Source of the DNA: Octopus bimaculoides | Taxonomy: Eukaryota | Direction: 5' to 3' | Assembly: GCF_001194135.2 (NCBI RefSeq) | Contig: NC_068981.1 | Span: 36,788,654-36,852,442, forward strand | Length of the DNA: 63,789 nucleotides | Shown: positions 26,934 to 39,900 of the stretch, piece by piece | Layout: the number at the start of each line of letters is the position of its first letter | Numbering within the stretch: the first letter of the stretch is position 1 | Position numbers and translations under genes: made by a program | The notes under the pieces: generated by a model | Told to the model about the DNA's origin: nothing | Seen by the model: only the letters and a program-made list of their open reading frames with translations | Databases searched by the model: none

Positions 26934-27949
26934 CTATACTTTGTTCTTTGCACAAATAATAAATGCACAAAATATGCATTGGGTTCATTGACTGAGAAAG
27001 CCACAGCATGAGCTGGGTGGATGGACATGAAAATGCTTACACTAAGATCAACCATAAAGTTATGAGCTAATGAGGATGCTTTTACATATCACTTGATCTG
27101 TTAGAAATAGCAGCCAAATCTACTTCATATCAGACCTTACTATTTTTGCAAAAAAAATAAAAACAAAGATGCATTAGATAATGTAGAGCTACATACCCTT
27201 CAAAAAGGTGAATGGTCATTGCTGAAATGCCTTTGTTCAACCTAGGGTTAACCTGTGGCTAAACAACATTAACAACAACCATGTAGTTAAACTGACTCAA
27301 TTGGCTCACTGCAAGTAATAATTAAGGATCTATTTCCTATGTGATCTGGAAGTAGTTCAGGCTGACTAATTTGCATATATAATGCCTTCTTAGCTGCTTG
27401 CTAACACATTAATAGAAATTTGCTATACTGTGCTTCTCCCTTGAAATTTACTTAAGACTTTAAGAACAGTAAATTTATAAATGTCTCCAAGGACAGTTAA
27501 AGAGTGTAAATCATTTGATGATATCCCAACACAGGATTGAATCTTGCCTGGCTAATCCTTTTTCTGTCTATGAACATATTGAATATACAGATAAGGTATT
27601 TATATCTGTGAATACATAGCGTTGATAAAAATCTATAGATATTCTCAATAATATAGTATAATATTGTATTATTAGAAATATAAGAAAAATAATAAATCTA
27701 ATTTCAGAGAAAGGCTACGCGATGTGCATATAAAAGCTTATGATATTTCAATAGTTAAAAACACCAATTTGAATAAATTTTATGATACTTAATGGCAACA
27801 ACAACATAAGGGACCATGTGGCAAACATATGTGATCACAAGCATATTTCTACACACCTAGCAGAGGTATGTGACCTAGGAAAATACTTCTCACACTGTGA
27901 TGTTTATCCAAGGGCATATATGAAGAGAAGTCACATATCTCTGCATCTC

Positions 27950-28620
27950 TATGAAAAGAATAACTTACCCTATTCTTTCAAAACAACTACTGGAGGTGAT
28001 ATCTGGTGATATCTTGTCTCTCAGTTGAAGTAGGGTTTAGGAGACAGTGTAGCTGGTTTTCAAAAATGAGGATGTGGTGAAAAATTAGTTTAAGCTTGTT
28101 CGTTGTGCAGCTACCTATATATATGTGCCATAAATATATGCGATGAGGCAAGATAAGATGAGAGCCATAGTAAAGGATGTTAATGATGACATTGACATTT
28201 TGCTTGTTGTTACTTTTGTGACACAGTTTGGGCAGGTGGTGAATATCAAGATGACTAGAAATGATAGTGGCTGGAAAAGGATCAACATGGATGTGCAAGC
28301 CCTAATGATCTCCAAAGACCACACAGCCACTTTGAAGCCATGCTTCATCATTGGTGCAGAAATAAAAACAATGATGCTGGTAGTGTGGGCCAGAAAGCTC
28401 ATCTATATGTGTGGTAGCAAATGCTATTTGAAAGCTTTTTGCCTTAGAAAACTTGAAAAACAGAAACGGACAGAAGCAACACAAAAACTGCTCTTTGAAA
28501 AGCATCAAGACTCTGGATAAAGCAAAAAGGGATTGATCCATACTCCATCCCAGAAAACAGTAATCTTAGATCTGCTTTCCAGCCATAACCAGTAGCAACC
28601 CACCATCATCAAATGATGAT
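27950..28620 (+). mobile_element. decayed LINE ORF1/gag-like remnant
   Basis: ORF 28143-28520: DDIDILLVVTFVTQFGQVV (RRM-like), then MLVVWARKLIYMCGSKCYLKAFC resembling a degenerate CxxC-x4-H-x4-C knuckle. Confidence 0.4.
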
Positions 28621-28689
28621 GATTAGGAGGAGATGGAAAATGAACAAAGTAGGTAAACATCATGGTCAATAGAAAAGAATAACAAAAAA

Positions 28690-28925
28690 AGGCGGTGAGC
28701 TGGCAGAAATGTTAGTAAACTGGGCGAAATACCTAGTAGTATTTTGTCTGCTGTTATGTTCTGAGTTCAAATTCCACCGAGGTTTACTTTACCTTTCATC
28801 CTTTCGGGGTCGATAAATTAAGAACAAGTTATGCACTGGGGTCGATCTAATCGACTTAATCCCTTTGTCTGTCCTTGCTTGTCCCCTCTATGTTTAGCCC
28901 TTTGTGGGCAATAAAGAAATAAGAA
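28690..28925 (+). mobile_element. SINE family A with alternative 3' tail
   Basis: Head ggcggtgagctggcagaa...gagttcaaattcc; tail tttagccctttgtgggcaataaagaaataa. Confidence 0.85.
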
Positions 28926-30430
28926 AAGAATAACAAAAAACAAAGAAAAAATGAAAAGAAGCCCCACTTAAAAAAGAAATATGTACCTTAAGAAAAGGTC
29001 AGTAAAGTGTCAAAGGAGGACCTTCCCTGAAGATAATTCGAGTTTTATGGTAATTTAACTTTGTGCTAAGTAGACATGCAGAAATAGGTTCAGAAGAGTA
29101 AAAAAAAAAAACGAAAAAAGAAAAAGCAACAAAACACTCAAATGACTGAAAATTGGTGGAAAAGACACCAACAGCTTATCATCATTAGAAAAATGTTTGT
29201 GTGGATGACATGAGATGCAACTTGCCCTGTTTATTGGGGAATTGGAGAAAAAGCCAACAGACAATAGGATTCTTCAGTACCAGGTAGGTAAAGTGTCTAT
29301 ATCTAAACTAAAAGGAAGCAAGGAATTATTTGAAGTGCTTTTACTGCTTTTTCTTGTCGGTTGAGTGATCATATGGAAGTCCTTTTATTTCCTTATTGAA
29401 ACTAAGATATTTGAAGCTACATTTTGCTTAATCAATACATACAATACTAACTCTCAGTTTGAGTTAAAATATTAACACATGATTCAGAAATTTGAATTAT
29501 GTTAGTGTAAACCCCGCCTTACTCAAATTTTGCTAGTTTACTAAGCAGAAACATCACGAAAAATAGCAAAGAATTATGCTTTCTCATTATGCTCCACTTT
29601 CACAAGTTTTAACTTAAGAATCTATAAAATATTAAAGACTTATTTTAAATGATCATTTATATTCCAAACAATAAGTAAACGTATCAGGATTCAAAAACAA
29701 ATAAAACCAAATTTAAAATTTTTACAATGATTTTATATGAAATGAAAATTGTTAACATGAATCATATGAAATTAGAAGCACATGGTTTTGGTGATAACTT
29801 CAACAAAATTATAAAAAAATGAAAGGATAACATATGTTTATTTATTTGATAAAATAAAACAAAACCAATACCCATAACAATACAATCAAGAAGAAACTTG
29901 CGAATTATTTCACTTCCTTTTGAAATCTGGTTTGATATTTCATAGAAGGTGTAAACATTCCTCAGCTTGATTTAAAACAAATAACTGAAGAATGGAAATA
30001 AAAAATAAATCATGATCATCATTTTACATCCGTTTTCCCATGCTGGCATGTATTAATGATATATTTTATTGTGAAGACTGTCATATTGAACAATGAATGA
30101 CATGCTGATTATTTATATGTGTATATACACACACATGTGTATATAAATATATATACATGTATGCATGTGTGTATATATGTAAGTGTGTGTATATAAGCAT
30201 AAAGAAACTATGCACCAATAACAGGTAAAATACATGTAAGAAGATATGGTATAATCGCAGATACCTTTTATTCTCATCAGCTACTAACTGAAGGTCAAGG
30301 TAGTTTTGCCTATTTTGGGTGTTGTATAACAAATACAACAGGGAATGGTATCAAGAATAGGGCAGCAAAGAAAGAATGGAAAATGAGGCAGGACAACAAC
30401 TATAAGGTCATCATAATATCAGCACCAATA

Positions 30431-30592
30431 GACCACCACAGTCATGGAAATTACTGTAATATCAGTGCTAAGCATTGAGCCTTTTAACAATTAAAATATG
30501 TCACAAACATTTTTTAACTAACCTAAAGTTTGCTAACACCTGAACACTGCTTGGCACTGAAAATTATGGCAATTTCCATGGCTGTGGTAGTC
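30431..30592. mobile_element. short MITE with ~47-bp TIRs; partial second copy at about 30800-30912
   Basis: gaccaccacagtcatggaaatt...cagtgctaagca pairs with tgcttggcactg...aatttccatggctgtggtagtc; core taactaacctaaagtttgct repeated near 30860. Confidence 0.75.
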
Positions 30593-30949
30593 TTCTAGTG
30601 CAAATCAGTCAATGTTGTCGACTGTATTCTAGTCAAAGCCATAGCTTTGATAAGGTCTGTCCAGAGTTACCTCTTTTAGGTATTTCCCATTGATAACGGC
30701 TAAAAAAACTAGAAACATCAATGTCTGGAAATGAGAAAGGTGGTGACTCTGGGTAAATATGGTGTTTTTGTGCCTTTTTATCATAGGAGGGAATTTTTCT
30801 TCATGGTAACAGCAGTAAATTTGCCTTTAAGCAGTTGAAATATGTCATAAACATATTTTAACTAACCTAAAGTTTGCTTACGTTTAAACACTGCATGGCA
30901 CTGATATTATGGCAATATATATTTTTTTCTTTTATTCTTTTATTTGTTT

Positions 30950-31155
30950 CAATCATTTGACTGCAGCCATGCTGGAACACTGCCTTTACTCAAACAAATC
31001 GACCTCAGGACTTATTCTTTGTAAGCCTAGTATTTATTCCGTCAGTCTCTTTTGCTGAACAGCTAAGTTACGGTGATGTAAACACACCAACATCAGTTGT
31101 CAAGTGATGGTGGAGGACAGACGCACAGACATGCACATCACACACACACACAAAG

Positions 31156-31186
<31 letters not shown>

Positions 31187-31395
31187 GGCACACACACACA
31201 CACACACAAAGGCACACACACACACACACACATATCTACGACGGGCTTCTTTCAGTTTCTGTCTACCAAATCCACTCACAAGACTTTGGTCAACCCGAGG
31301 CTGTAGTAGAAGACACTCTCCCAAGGTGTCATGCAATGAGACTGAACCCAGAACCATGTGATTGGTAAGCAAGCTACTTACCACACAGCCACTCT
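30950..31395 (-). mobile_element. SINE family B with internal (CA)n
   Basis: Reverse complement of family B head and tail. Confidence 0.85.
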
Positions 31396-31409
31396 TGTGC
31401 CTATATATA

Positions 31410-31750
31410 TATACGTTTGTGCTGGTATGATCATGCACTACAGATGGATGAGGAGAGTTGTCTGAAGACAGTTGAAGGAATCCGGTGCAGAGGTAGACCT
31501 AGGAAGATATGGGATGAGGTGGTGAAGCATGACCTTCGAACGTTGGGCCTTACAGAGGCAATGACGAAAGACAGAGGCCTCTGGAGATATGCTGTGACTG
31601 CGAAAACCCAGCAAATAAAGTGAGTTCACGGCTGTATTCTACACCAGTTTTGCATAACCAGCCCCAGCCCATTCAAAAGTACCTTGGATCGTAGGGCTAC
31701 CTGCTGTGCTTAAGGGGACCTATTGAGTCAAGTACATCAACATCAAAATG
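31410..31750 (+). mobile_element. RTE LINE 3' fragment with short 3' UTR
   Basis: ORF 31417-31623 ...RGRPRKIWDEVVKHDLRTLGLTEAMTKDRGLWRYAV; ends caagtacatcaacatcaaaat. Confidence 0.85.
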
Positions 31751-32940
31751 TATACCCTAAAGAAGAAATTCTCTTCTGTCCTCTTTGGTCTCTACAGAGA
31801 TGATGCCCTGGTTATCTCTAGAGGTGCCAACAGGCACACCCTAGATAGGCTTAGGAAAGATCTGATTAACGCCCTTAGCTCCATGGGACTGAAAATTACA
31901 ACTGAGACCAACTTCACCACCGCGGACTTCTTAAACATCACGCTTGACTTGGGCTCTGGTTCATACAGGCCCTACAGCAAGCCAAACAAGAGGCTGGCAT
32001 ATATCAACACAGCTTTCTGCCACCCACCCAACTAGTTCATAAACCTGGTGAATTGGTCAGCAAAAGGATCTCAAATCTATCCTTTAGTGGCACCTCCATT
32101 ATTAAGAGTATTTTAGCTAAGACCCATAGGCCATGAGTGGAGGTAGGATGCTCATGCAAGGACCAAGTGCCTAGTAGGAGACCAATGCGAAACTAAGGGG
32201 GTCATTTATGAGGCTGAAGTGGTATCTGACCCTAATAGCAGCAGCAGCAGCTTTTCCAGCAACTACAGCAGTAACAGGAATGTCTGTAATAATGGTAACG
32301 GCAAAAATAACAGCAGCACCATCGCTAATGATAATGGTAATAATGACAACAGTAATAACAACGATAACGCTATAGCGCTGATAACAGCTCCAACAACAAT
32401 GACGATGACTATAGCAGCACTAACAGAGACACCAAAAAAAACGACAACGTCATCGCCAACACCAACTCCGCCACCAATGATGTCCCCTATGCCAGCATGG
32501 AGACCTTCAAGCAGCGCCTCTCCAACCAAAAATCTGCATTTAGGATCTCGAAAGGATGTTATGCCACATCCCTGGCCAGTCACATGTGGTACCTGAAGAA
32601 CGAAGGGACTCCACATTTAACCACATGAAAAATCTTAGAAAAACCAGGTCCCTTCATCAACAAAAGCAAGCATTGCAAGCTGTGCATAGCAGAACGGGTG
32701 AGGATATCAAACAACTCCCTCGACCTGGGGAACATCTTAAATTCCAAGACGGAAGTATTTGGACCTTGCTTACACTTCAGGTGTTTCCTACTGAAATCCG
32801 GGGACCAGCATACTGCCTGGGTGGATTCCAGGTAGTGGTCTAAGGAAGACAACCCTATGCACTTGACCTTTCTCCTTTGTCTGTTCAATAACTAGCCATG
32901 TGGTTTTTTTCTCCCTCCGTTTTCAAGAGAAGTTATCACG
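31750..32940 (+). mobile_element. Penelope-like element fragment (RT YRDD + C-terminal GIY-YIG)
   Basis: GLYRDD...DFLNITLDLGSGSYRPYSKPN...YIN...HPP (ORF 31748-32035); CSC..KCLVGDQCETKGVIYEAEV; METFKQRLSN...SLASHMWYLK...CKLCIAERVRI. Internally deleted and frameshifted. Confidence 0.85.
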
Positions 32941-32945
32941 TCATG

Positions 32946-35900
32946 CAGTGGCGTAGCTAGGGTATAGCAGACAGGGCACTTGCCCTAGGCGCGGTTCTGG
33001 GGGAGGCGCAATTTTGAATCATGAATGAGTAAAGTAACTTAATTTTGGCAAATTTTTCAGTTCATTCATGCACGTACATGTACGCTGTGGCAAATTTTGT
33101 TGATATGGGGTTGGTCTCAAGAATGTGACCAATGCATTGTTATTCCCTTTTTACCGAAAATATTGTGAAACTGTCAAAATTGTATCTTATACAGAAAAAA
33201 TTGTCAACATTTACCTCACGTGTGACTGAATATTGAGAAAAGTAAATATTGTAAAACTCAACATTTACTGGATGAATTGGGATTTTTATTTTGCCACAGT
33301 GGTATGCAGCGTTACTTGCCCTATCTGATGCAAAAGAATTGAAGTGCGTAGATCTGCGTAGAGCGAAGTTATCCGGGATAATATTTTTTAATCTTCATAA
33401 CTATACTGACTTTGAGGAAGATCGCTCATACATTATGCTCACCTAGTTGCTGTAATAAGTAAGAATAGTGCCTTTAAAATTTTTCAGTCATTTTAGCATA
33501 TTACCTCAATAATATAGCTAAAAATAGATAATTTCTCAAGAATGAGTTTGTTTTCACATCATTTAACGATATTTTATGGAGAAGTAAGTAGTATATTCCA
33601 TGAAATAAAAGTCGATATTATTTTTCCGTGGTGACTTGGGATGTTTGTTTTTCCACCATTGTGTGGAGTGTTACTTAATCTATCTAATACAAAAGGATTG
33701 AAGTGGGTAGGTCTGCATAGAGAAAAGTTATTGTACATAACATGCTTTAATACAGCTATATTGCTTGCAATGAATAATGCTTATATGCTCGCCTAGAACA
33801 TATTTGAAATAAAAACGGTCTATGCAAAGGTGTTTTCGTAGTCACTTAGTCATTTTTCATAAGTACATTAAAAAATAGAAAAGATCTTAAGAATGTGCAT
33901 TCAATCGAATGTACGCGACTAATGGCTCGGTCATTTTACTGGCTCTTGTGCTGTAACACATTGAGCCAACGTGTTGGAAGCTTCATATGACTCTGCCTAT
34001 GAGTCATACCCTGCCGTACATTGATCATTATAATCATTGACATACGTTGCTCCCATATCCGCCAAAAAATTCAAAACTTTTAGAAATTTAACTCGATAAA
34101 TAATTTTGACATGTTTAACAGGCTAATCTACCACTGTGATATGTTTGAATTTTTCATGATTTTTTCAAGTAATGGTTTCTTGCTTTTAGAAAATCGTTAT
34201 AAAAACATGAAAAGACCATTAACTAAGGAAGAAAGTGAAGCAGAAGGGCGAAAAAGACACAAGTTGGAGACAGAAGAATCTAAGAAGTTGAGCAAAGTTT
34301 TCATGTCCCTCTTTCTAAAACATACCGATAGTTCTTCAACACCTACCAAGAGGTCACGCATTTTATTGTCCAGTACTGCTTCGAGTAACAGTCCACCTCA
34401 AACTGATGCAGAAGACAATTGTCTTAAGTCTGACAATGGTGAAAACAAACCTGAAATCAATACGGTCGAAAACAGTAACACTGCACTTGAAGAAGTGATC
34501 GAACAGCATGACCTTGGGCTCCTTAATTTTGACACGAATACCGGGAAGGTGGTAGTTCCTGAATATTGGAGGATAGAAATAGCTAAGCTAGGCTGGAAAT
34601 ATTTTCAGAACTGTTGCCAACAAATAACCGCTCAATGAATAAAAACTGGTTCAAAAGGAAATTGGGAAATGGTTGAGGTGAGGAGATTGTTCACTTATGG
34701 CTACTCTATTCCCCTCATAAGTAGTCTGCATTCTGTTTGTGTTGTCTACTTTTTTCCCGATCAGATTATCAATCGTCATTAAAGCAGGAAAGCAGATTTT
34801 ACCAGTGGAAAGCGCATGAACGAATGTTGGTTCATGAAAATGCTAAGAATCATCGAGATAGTTTCACACAGTGGAAAGAAATCTAACCGATAATAGGTGT
34901 TTCATAGACGCTGCTCTCAAGTCACAAATCGACCGTGAAAAGCAAAGATGGCGTGATGTTTTGACGAGAATTCTACATTGCATTAAGTTTCTTGCAACTC
35001 AGAATTTAGCCTTGCGAGGTCATAGGAAGTCACTTCAGTCGACTGAAGACTCAAATGTCGGTAATTTTCTTGCTTTGCTTAAGCTTTTGGCCATCTTTGA
35101 TCCCGTCATGAAAGAACACCTTTGCTATGTAGACAGTCGCCCTTGATCGACATCTTATCTTTCACTCGATGTTCAGAATGAATTTATTTATCTCAAGGCA
35201 TCAGCCGTTCGTCAGAATCTGCTAAAGGGCATTCGCAGGGCCAAGTATTATGGTGTCATGTTTGACACAACCCCTGATAGAATACACCGTGAGCAGATTT
35301 CGCAGGTAGTAAGGTATGTAGAAGTTGACTTCGAAAAAAAGTGTGTTTGGGTGAGAGAAACCTTCCTCGGGTTCATTCAAGCAGGCGAAAAGGATACAGA
35401 GAGTTTAGTTGATGTAATTTTGAAACAGTTGGCCGATGACAAAATGGCATTGGAAGATTGTAGGTCCCAGTGTTATGATAATGTAGCTGTGATGGCTGGG
35501 CACAGAAGCGGGGTCCAGCAGAGATTCAACGAAAAGAACAAATTGACCCTATTCGTAAATTGTGACATCCATTCGTTAAACTTAGTCGGCCTACACGCAG
35601 CTAAACACGAGTTGGTGATGTCTGCATTTTTTGGCACAATCGAAACACTACGTATTCTTTTCTCGTTAGACATACTGCTGGGAAAAACTGAAGGCCATAA
35701 TGCCTGTGGTTCTTAAGTCGCAATCAGAGACGAGATAGTGTCCTCGGATGGATGCAGTTAAAAACGTAAGAAACTACCTTGCTGAAATTTTACAAGTTCT
35801 TCAAGACATCGTCGACAAGAAAACGATGCAACTGAGACACGGAACGATGCTAACTTGCTGTTTAACCGTATACTCCATTACGAATTATTGGCATTGCTTA

Positions 35901-36290
35901 GTTTCTGGAATAGCGTCCTCACACGGATCGATCGTGTTCAAAAGAGGCTTCAGGATCCGACAATGAATTTCCATGATGCATCTCCCGACTTGAAAGGTCT
36001 CTGCGACTATTTTATCGCTTCCAGAGAAGTTTTAGTAGCTGATTCACTCGAAGAAGGACTGAACATTTGCAGAAGGCGGCAAGTTGACGTCAAGCCATGT
36101 CGAAGATCTCAACGTTTCATTCACGATGTTTCCATCGACCATCTTCTTAAAGGAATGAACGCGAGGTTTTCCCGGCTGCACGATCTTGACGCTAAATTTG
36201 ACTTCCTTATCGATATCTGGTTTCTGCATAATGGCAGTTTTGCGGATCTCTGAACACATTGCAATACCTTAGTGAGGTGGGTCGTCACGA
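32946..36290 (+). mobile_element. hAT element with ZMYM1-like (TTF zinc finger/DUF4371-type) transposase pseudogene; 3' end missing
   Basis: Putative left TIR cagtggcgtagctaggg. CDS pieces from about 34207: WLLYSPHK.SAFCLCCLLF, LALRGH, NFLALLKLL, YYGVMFDTTPD..HREQISQVVRYV, SQCYDN.AVMAG, FVNCDIHSLNLV. No dimerisation domain or right TIR seen. Confidence 0.9.
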
Positions 36291-36299
36291 GTAAGTTCA

Positions 36300-37000
36300 G
36301 ATCTTCGGCATGAGAGCAGTTTTATTCCACTATGCATTACCAGTGAGGAGAGTGTCTTTTTACCATGCTTTGTGATTTTCCTGTGCACATCTTCATCTTC
36401 AAGCTGCACGAGAACCTATGTATTTTGATTAACAGATACCAGCTGCTGCATTTTCTTATAGCACCAAAATAAATGTGACAGTCAACTCTAATTTGTCTTC
36501 CTACTTTTTGATGTTCTTTATCATGGCTCTTATTAAACCAGAAGATTATAATATTGCCAGGGCCTTAGCCATATGCACTATTTTCGCCATGCTAAAGACC
36601 AAATAAAACATCACGAATTCTGGTGGTTGTATAGTTCACTCATCGTTTAGATAATTTTCAGCTTGAGTCCTCGTTGATTACATGTGCTCCATTATATTAA
36701 TTTCCCTCTGGTGAATAACAGGAAAAAAATAACATGACTCACCTTTATGAAAATCGTTCACCCTTCTGCTCACAGAAGATTTATTACACCAATCCATACA
36801 AAACGGGTAGTCTCCAGAGTGCATATAGATTAGTTGTTTGAGAATGCATTACATGCACCATAACTGGATCTTTGATCCAAATCCTGTGCAGTACTCAACC
36901 AATTTTCAAAACTCACATGATAGGTAAAATTACCAATCATTACAGATTAATGTGCTGAGCCTCTATCAGTTTAATGTGTTCAATATACCATAAAAGAAAA
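36300..37000 (-). mobile_element. possible decayed Mutator-like transposase remnant
   Basis: Minus-strand pieces YMHSGDYPFCMDWC (cf. H...H..C...WC) and NAAAGIC-like segment; heavily broken. Confidence 0.25.
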
Positions 37001-37169
37001 TAGTCTCACTACAGCATAATATGCTAGATTTTAAAATCCTAGTAGATTTGTATATATCGATGTATTGTTTAATTTCTTAGGTATAACTCTTTATTCAGCT
37101 ACTTATAAATGTTGCTCCTGTAATAATTTCATTGATAATTAGTATATTAATATGAACTCAACTCAATAA

Positions 37170-37335
37170 TTAGTGGCATTTCGTCTGTTTGAGCTCAAAT
37201 TCTGGCAAGGTTGACTTTACCTTTCATCTTTTCTGGGATGACAAAATAAGCATCAGTTGAGTACTGGGGTTGCTGTAATTGACTTACCTCTCCCTTTGAT
37301 ATTGTTGCCATGTGTCAACATTTAAAACCAGTATT
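37170..37335 (+). mobile_element. SINE family A, truncated
   Basis: gagctcaaattctggcaaggttgactttacctttcatc. Confidence 0.75.
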
Positions 37336-37399
37336 AAAACATCTTAAAGGGGAAAATATATATTTAACTTAGCCTATTAAAACAACATTTCTACATCAA

Positions 37400-39900
37400 C
37401 TACTTCATTACTAAACCAGTTTTTCATGCATTCTGTTGCAAAGCTGTTGTGATGGATTCCACTTCATGCAGTATATATCTTTAAGTAATGATTTAGATGG
37501 TATTAACATACATAAGATGGACATTTCTAACTTTAGTATTGGGAATAAGGAGAAAGCTCTTCCAGCAGTAGCTGAAAGGAGCTTGATCGAGAGAAGCAAT
37601 AGTTGTCACCACATTTAGTCGAGATATGTTAAATCATAATTTTTAGCACATTTTTTTCTTCATTAAGTGGTTGATCTTGAAGTAACAATTCCCTCTCTTC
37701 TTTATTAATTTGTTCCTAATATTCTTAATGGACTAAGTTGGAAAATTATATAACTAATGGGATAATTAACTTTGGCTTTCCCTAAATAACATTGTTTGGA
37801 TCCAACACATCAAGCAACCTTTACTTCGTCCTCACGATAAAATAAAATAAGCAAGCTCTATGACATCCGCTTTGTAAAGAAAATATAGTAATTAAAAATA
37901 TTTGGTCAAATTGTCCATGAAAATTTTGCTGAATTATCCAGATGAATGCTTTCAACAGAGGTGTTGTCACAATAAATTTCAACAATTCTGAGATAAGCTG
38001 AAGGGTCATTAACATTAATTCTACTTATATCATTAGATATCAAAGTCTTGTTTTTTGAAATTACTGAGAACCCTTTTGACACTAGTAATAATAACATTCC
38101 TTAACATATGAATCGTAAATGATTCTGACAGAAACTCTGCATTAAGCTTATTAATATCAATTAAAACATAGACTGGGGGGGGGGGAGCAATTTTTCTAAT
38201 TGGATTTTGCATTACTTCTATTATTGTTAGAGCTGCAGCTATCAAGTAGATAAAAGTGCAGGCTATTGTTCTAAATATATTTTACACAATTTTCTCAAGG
38301 CAAAACCATCTTGTACAACTGTTGTGGAGAAATTTTGAGGATTGTTATTTGTTTTTTTCTTGTTTCAGTGGCACCATTCTGAAGGATTTAGTAAAAAAAT
38401 TCACCTCAGTACTTATTTTAAAGACTGGCACTCAGTCTATTCATCTCTTTTGCTGAGCCACTAAGTTATGAGGACGTAAACAAACTAAAACCAGTTGAAA
38501 CAAACACCCTCATGCACATACATATACGTATACAATGGGCTTCCATACAATTTGCATCTACGAAATTCCTTCACAAGGCAGTAGCTGGCCTGAGCTTATG
38601 ATAGAAGACACTTGTTCAATGGGACTAAAACCATGATCACATTGCTGGAAAGTGAGCTTCTTAGCCACATGGCCATATCTGCATCTATATAAAGTTTTTA
38701 GATCCAATATATTCATTTAGGCACTTAGGACTATTGCTGAAGTATGAAAAAATTGTATGGTAGTTCAGTGCAGGTTGTAGAAGTGTTCAAGTACTATGAA
38801 TGGCAAACACAAGGTTGTGTGGAGATTTTAGGGTTTTTGATTCTTATAATAACACTAGTACTATTTCTGGCAAAACCTGTTAAACTTTCAAAGGTGATTT
38901 CAATATTGTTAAAAAAGCCTGTATACAATTGTAATTCCAAGAACTGTTGTGACTTTAATTTCTAGAAGTATTTATATTTCCTCACAATCCTTTCGTGTGT
39001 GTGTGTATCAGTATCATAATATCTAGCTACTACAAATTGTTTAAATGTTGAAATGTCTGTTGTCTCATCAATAGGAGAAAGTTTTGTCAGTGTTAAATTA
39101 AATGCAATGTAAATGTTATTGAAGCTGCCATTGTTCTTACAACATACACATATGTACACACCATATCTTCATGAAATTTTATTGTAGTCACTTATTGTCA
39201 GTCCATATTGTACATGAATGCAATATGGAAATTTTTGTGTTCTACAATTTACTTCTCTATGAATTAGAAACCTGAAATGTATTGTCAAGTAGGGAAACTC
39301 ACCAAAATGAACAACTTTAATATGCTTTTTCCAACACAAAGAAATACTAACTGTATTTTTATTTTTTAGTTCGTTCTGTCAGGCACACTCCTCTTAGTAA
39401 AAAAATTGTGTTTTGTATTACATTTTAACATTCAAACTGAAATTTGTATTAAGTTAGTACCTACCAATCATTTTCTTAATTGAATTAAATTGTTGTTTTG
39501 TCAGACTTTATGTAAACGGGTTATGGTACAACACATTCTCTCCATATCAAGATGACATTGTGTTGTTGATTACTGCTTTATTTTGGTCTTTTTAAATCTC
39601 AATAAAATATTTCTCTTTACCTATGTCAGCTATAGTTAATTCCACCTCCAATTTTTGCCAAGTTATACTTTCTGATTATGCTTGATATCGTTTATCATTT
39701 CTATATCTGGACAAATTTTAGCAATGAGACCTGGTAAATGATCTAAAGAGGCAATTGCTAAATTGTGTTCTGTAATAAATCCACACAGTTTAAGCTCAGC
39801 AGCTGCTTTCTGTCCAGAATGTGAACAGAGGATCACCAGATTTCATATTATTTTAATGGAATTTGCTTTTCTGTATTTTTAAATCTTTCAATCTGATTTA
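37400..39900 (-). mobile_element. decayed hAT transposase, interrupted by a SINE
   Basis: Minus strand AAAELKLCGFITEHNLAIASLDHL (~39.8 kb), IDETTDISTFKQFVVARY (ORF 38962-39159), LLSATAGRAFS..LKL (cf. dimerisation S.A..ER.FS; ORF 37411-37599). Confidence 0.75.
38420..38690 (-). mobile_element. SINE family B nested in hAT remnant
   Basis: Reverse-complement similarity (tgctgagccactaagttatgaggacgtaaac...aagtgagcttcttagccaca). Confidence 0.65.

Noticed and set aside
31750-32940. Idea that in-frame stops in the Penelope-like copies are selenocysteine (Naiad-like)
   Set aside because: Naiads have an N-terminal endonuclease whereas it is C-terminal here; the stops are mixed types alongside frameshifts, i.e. 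decay.
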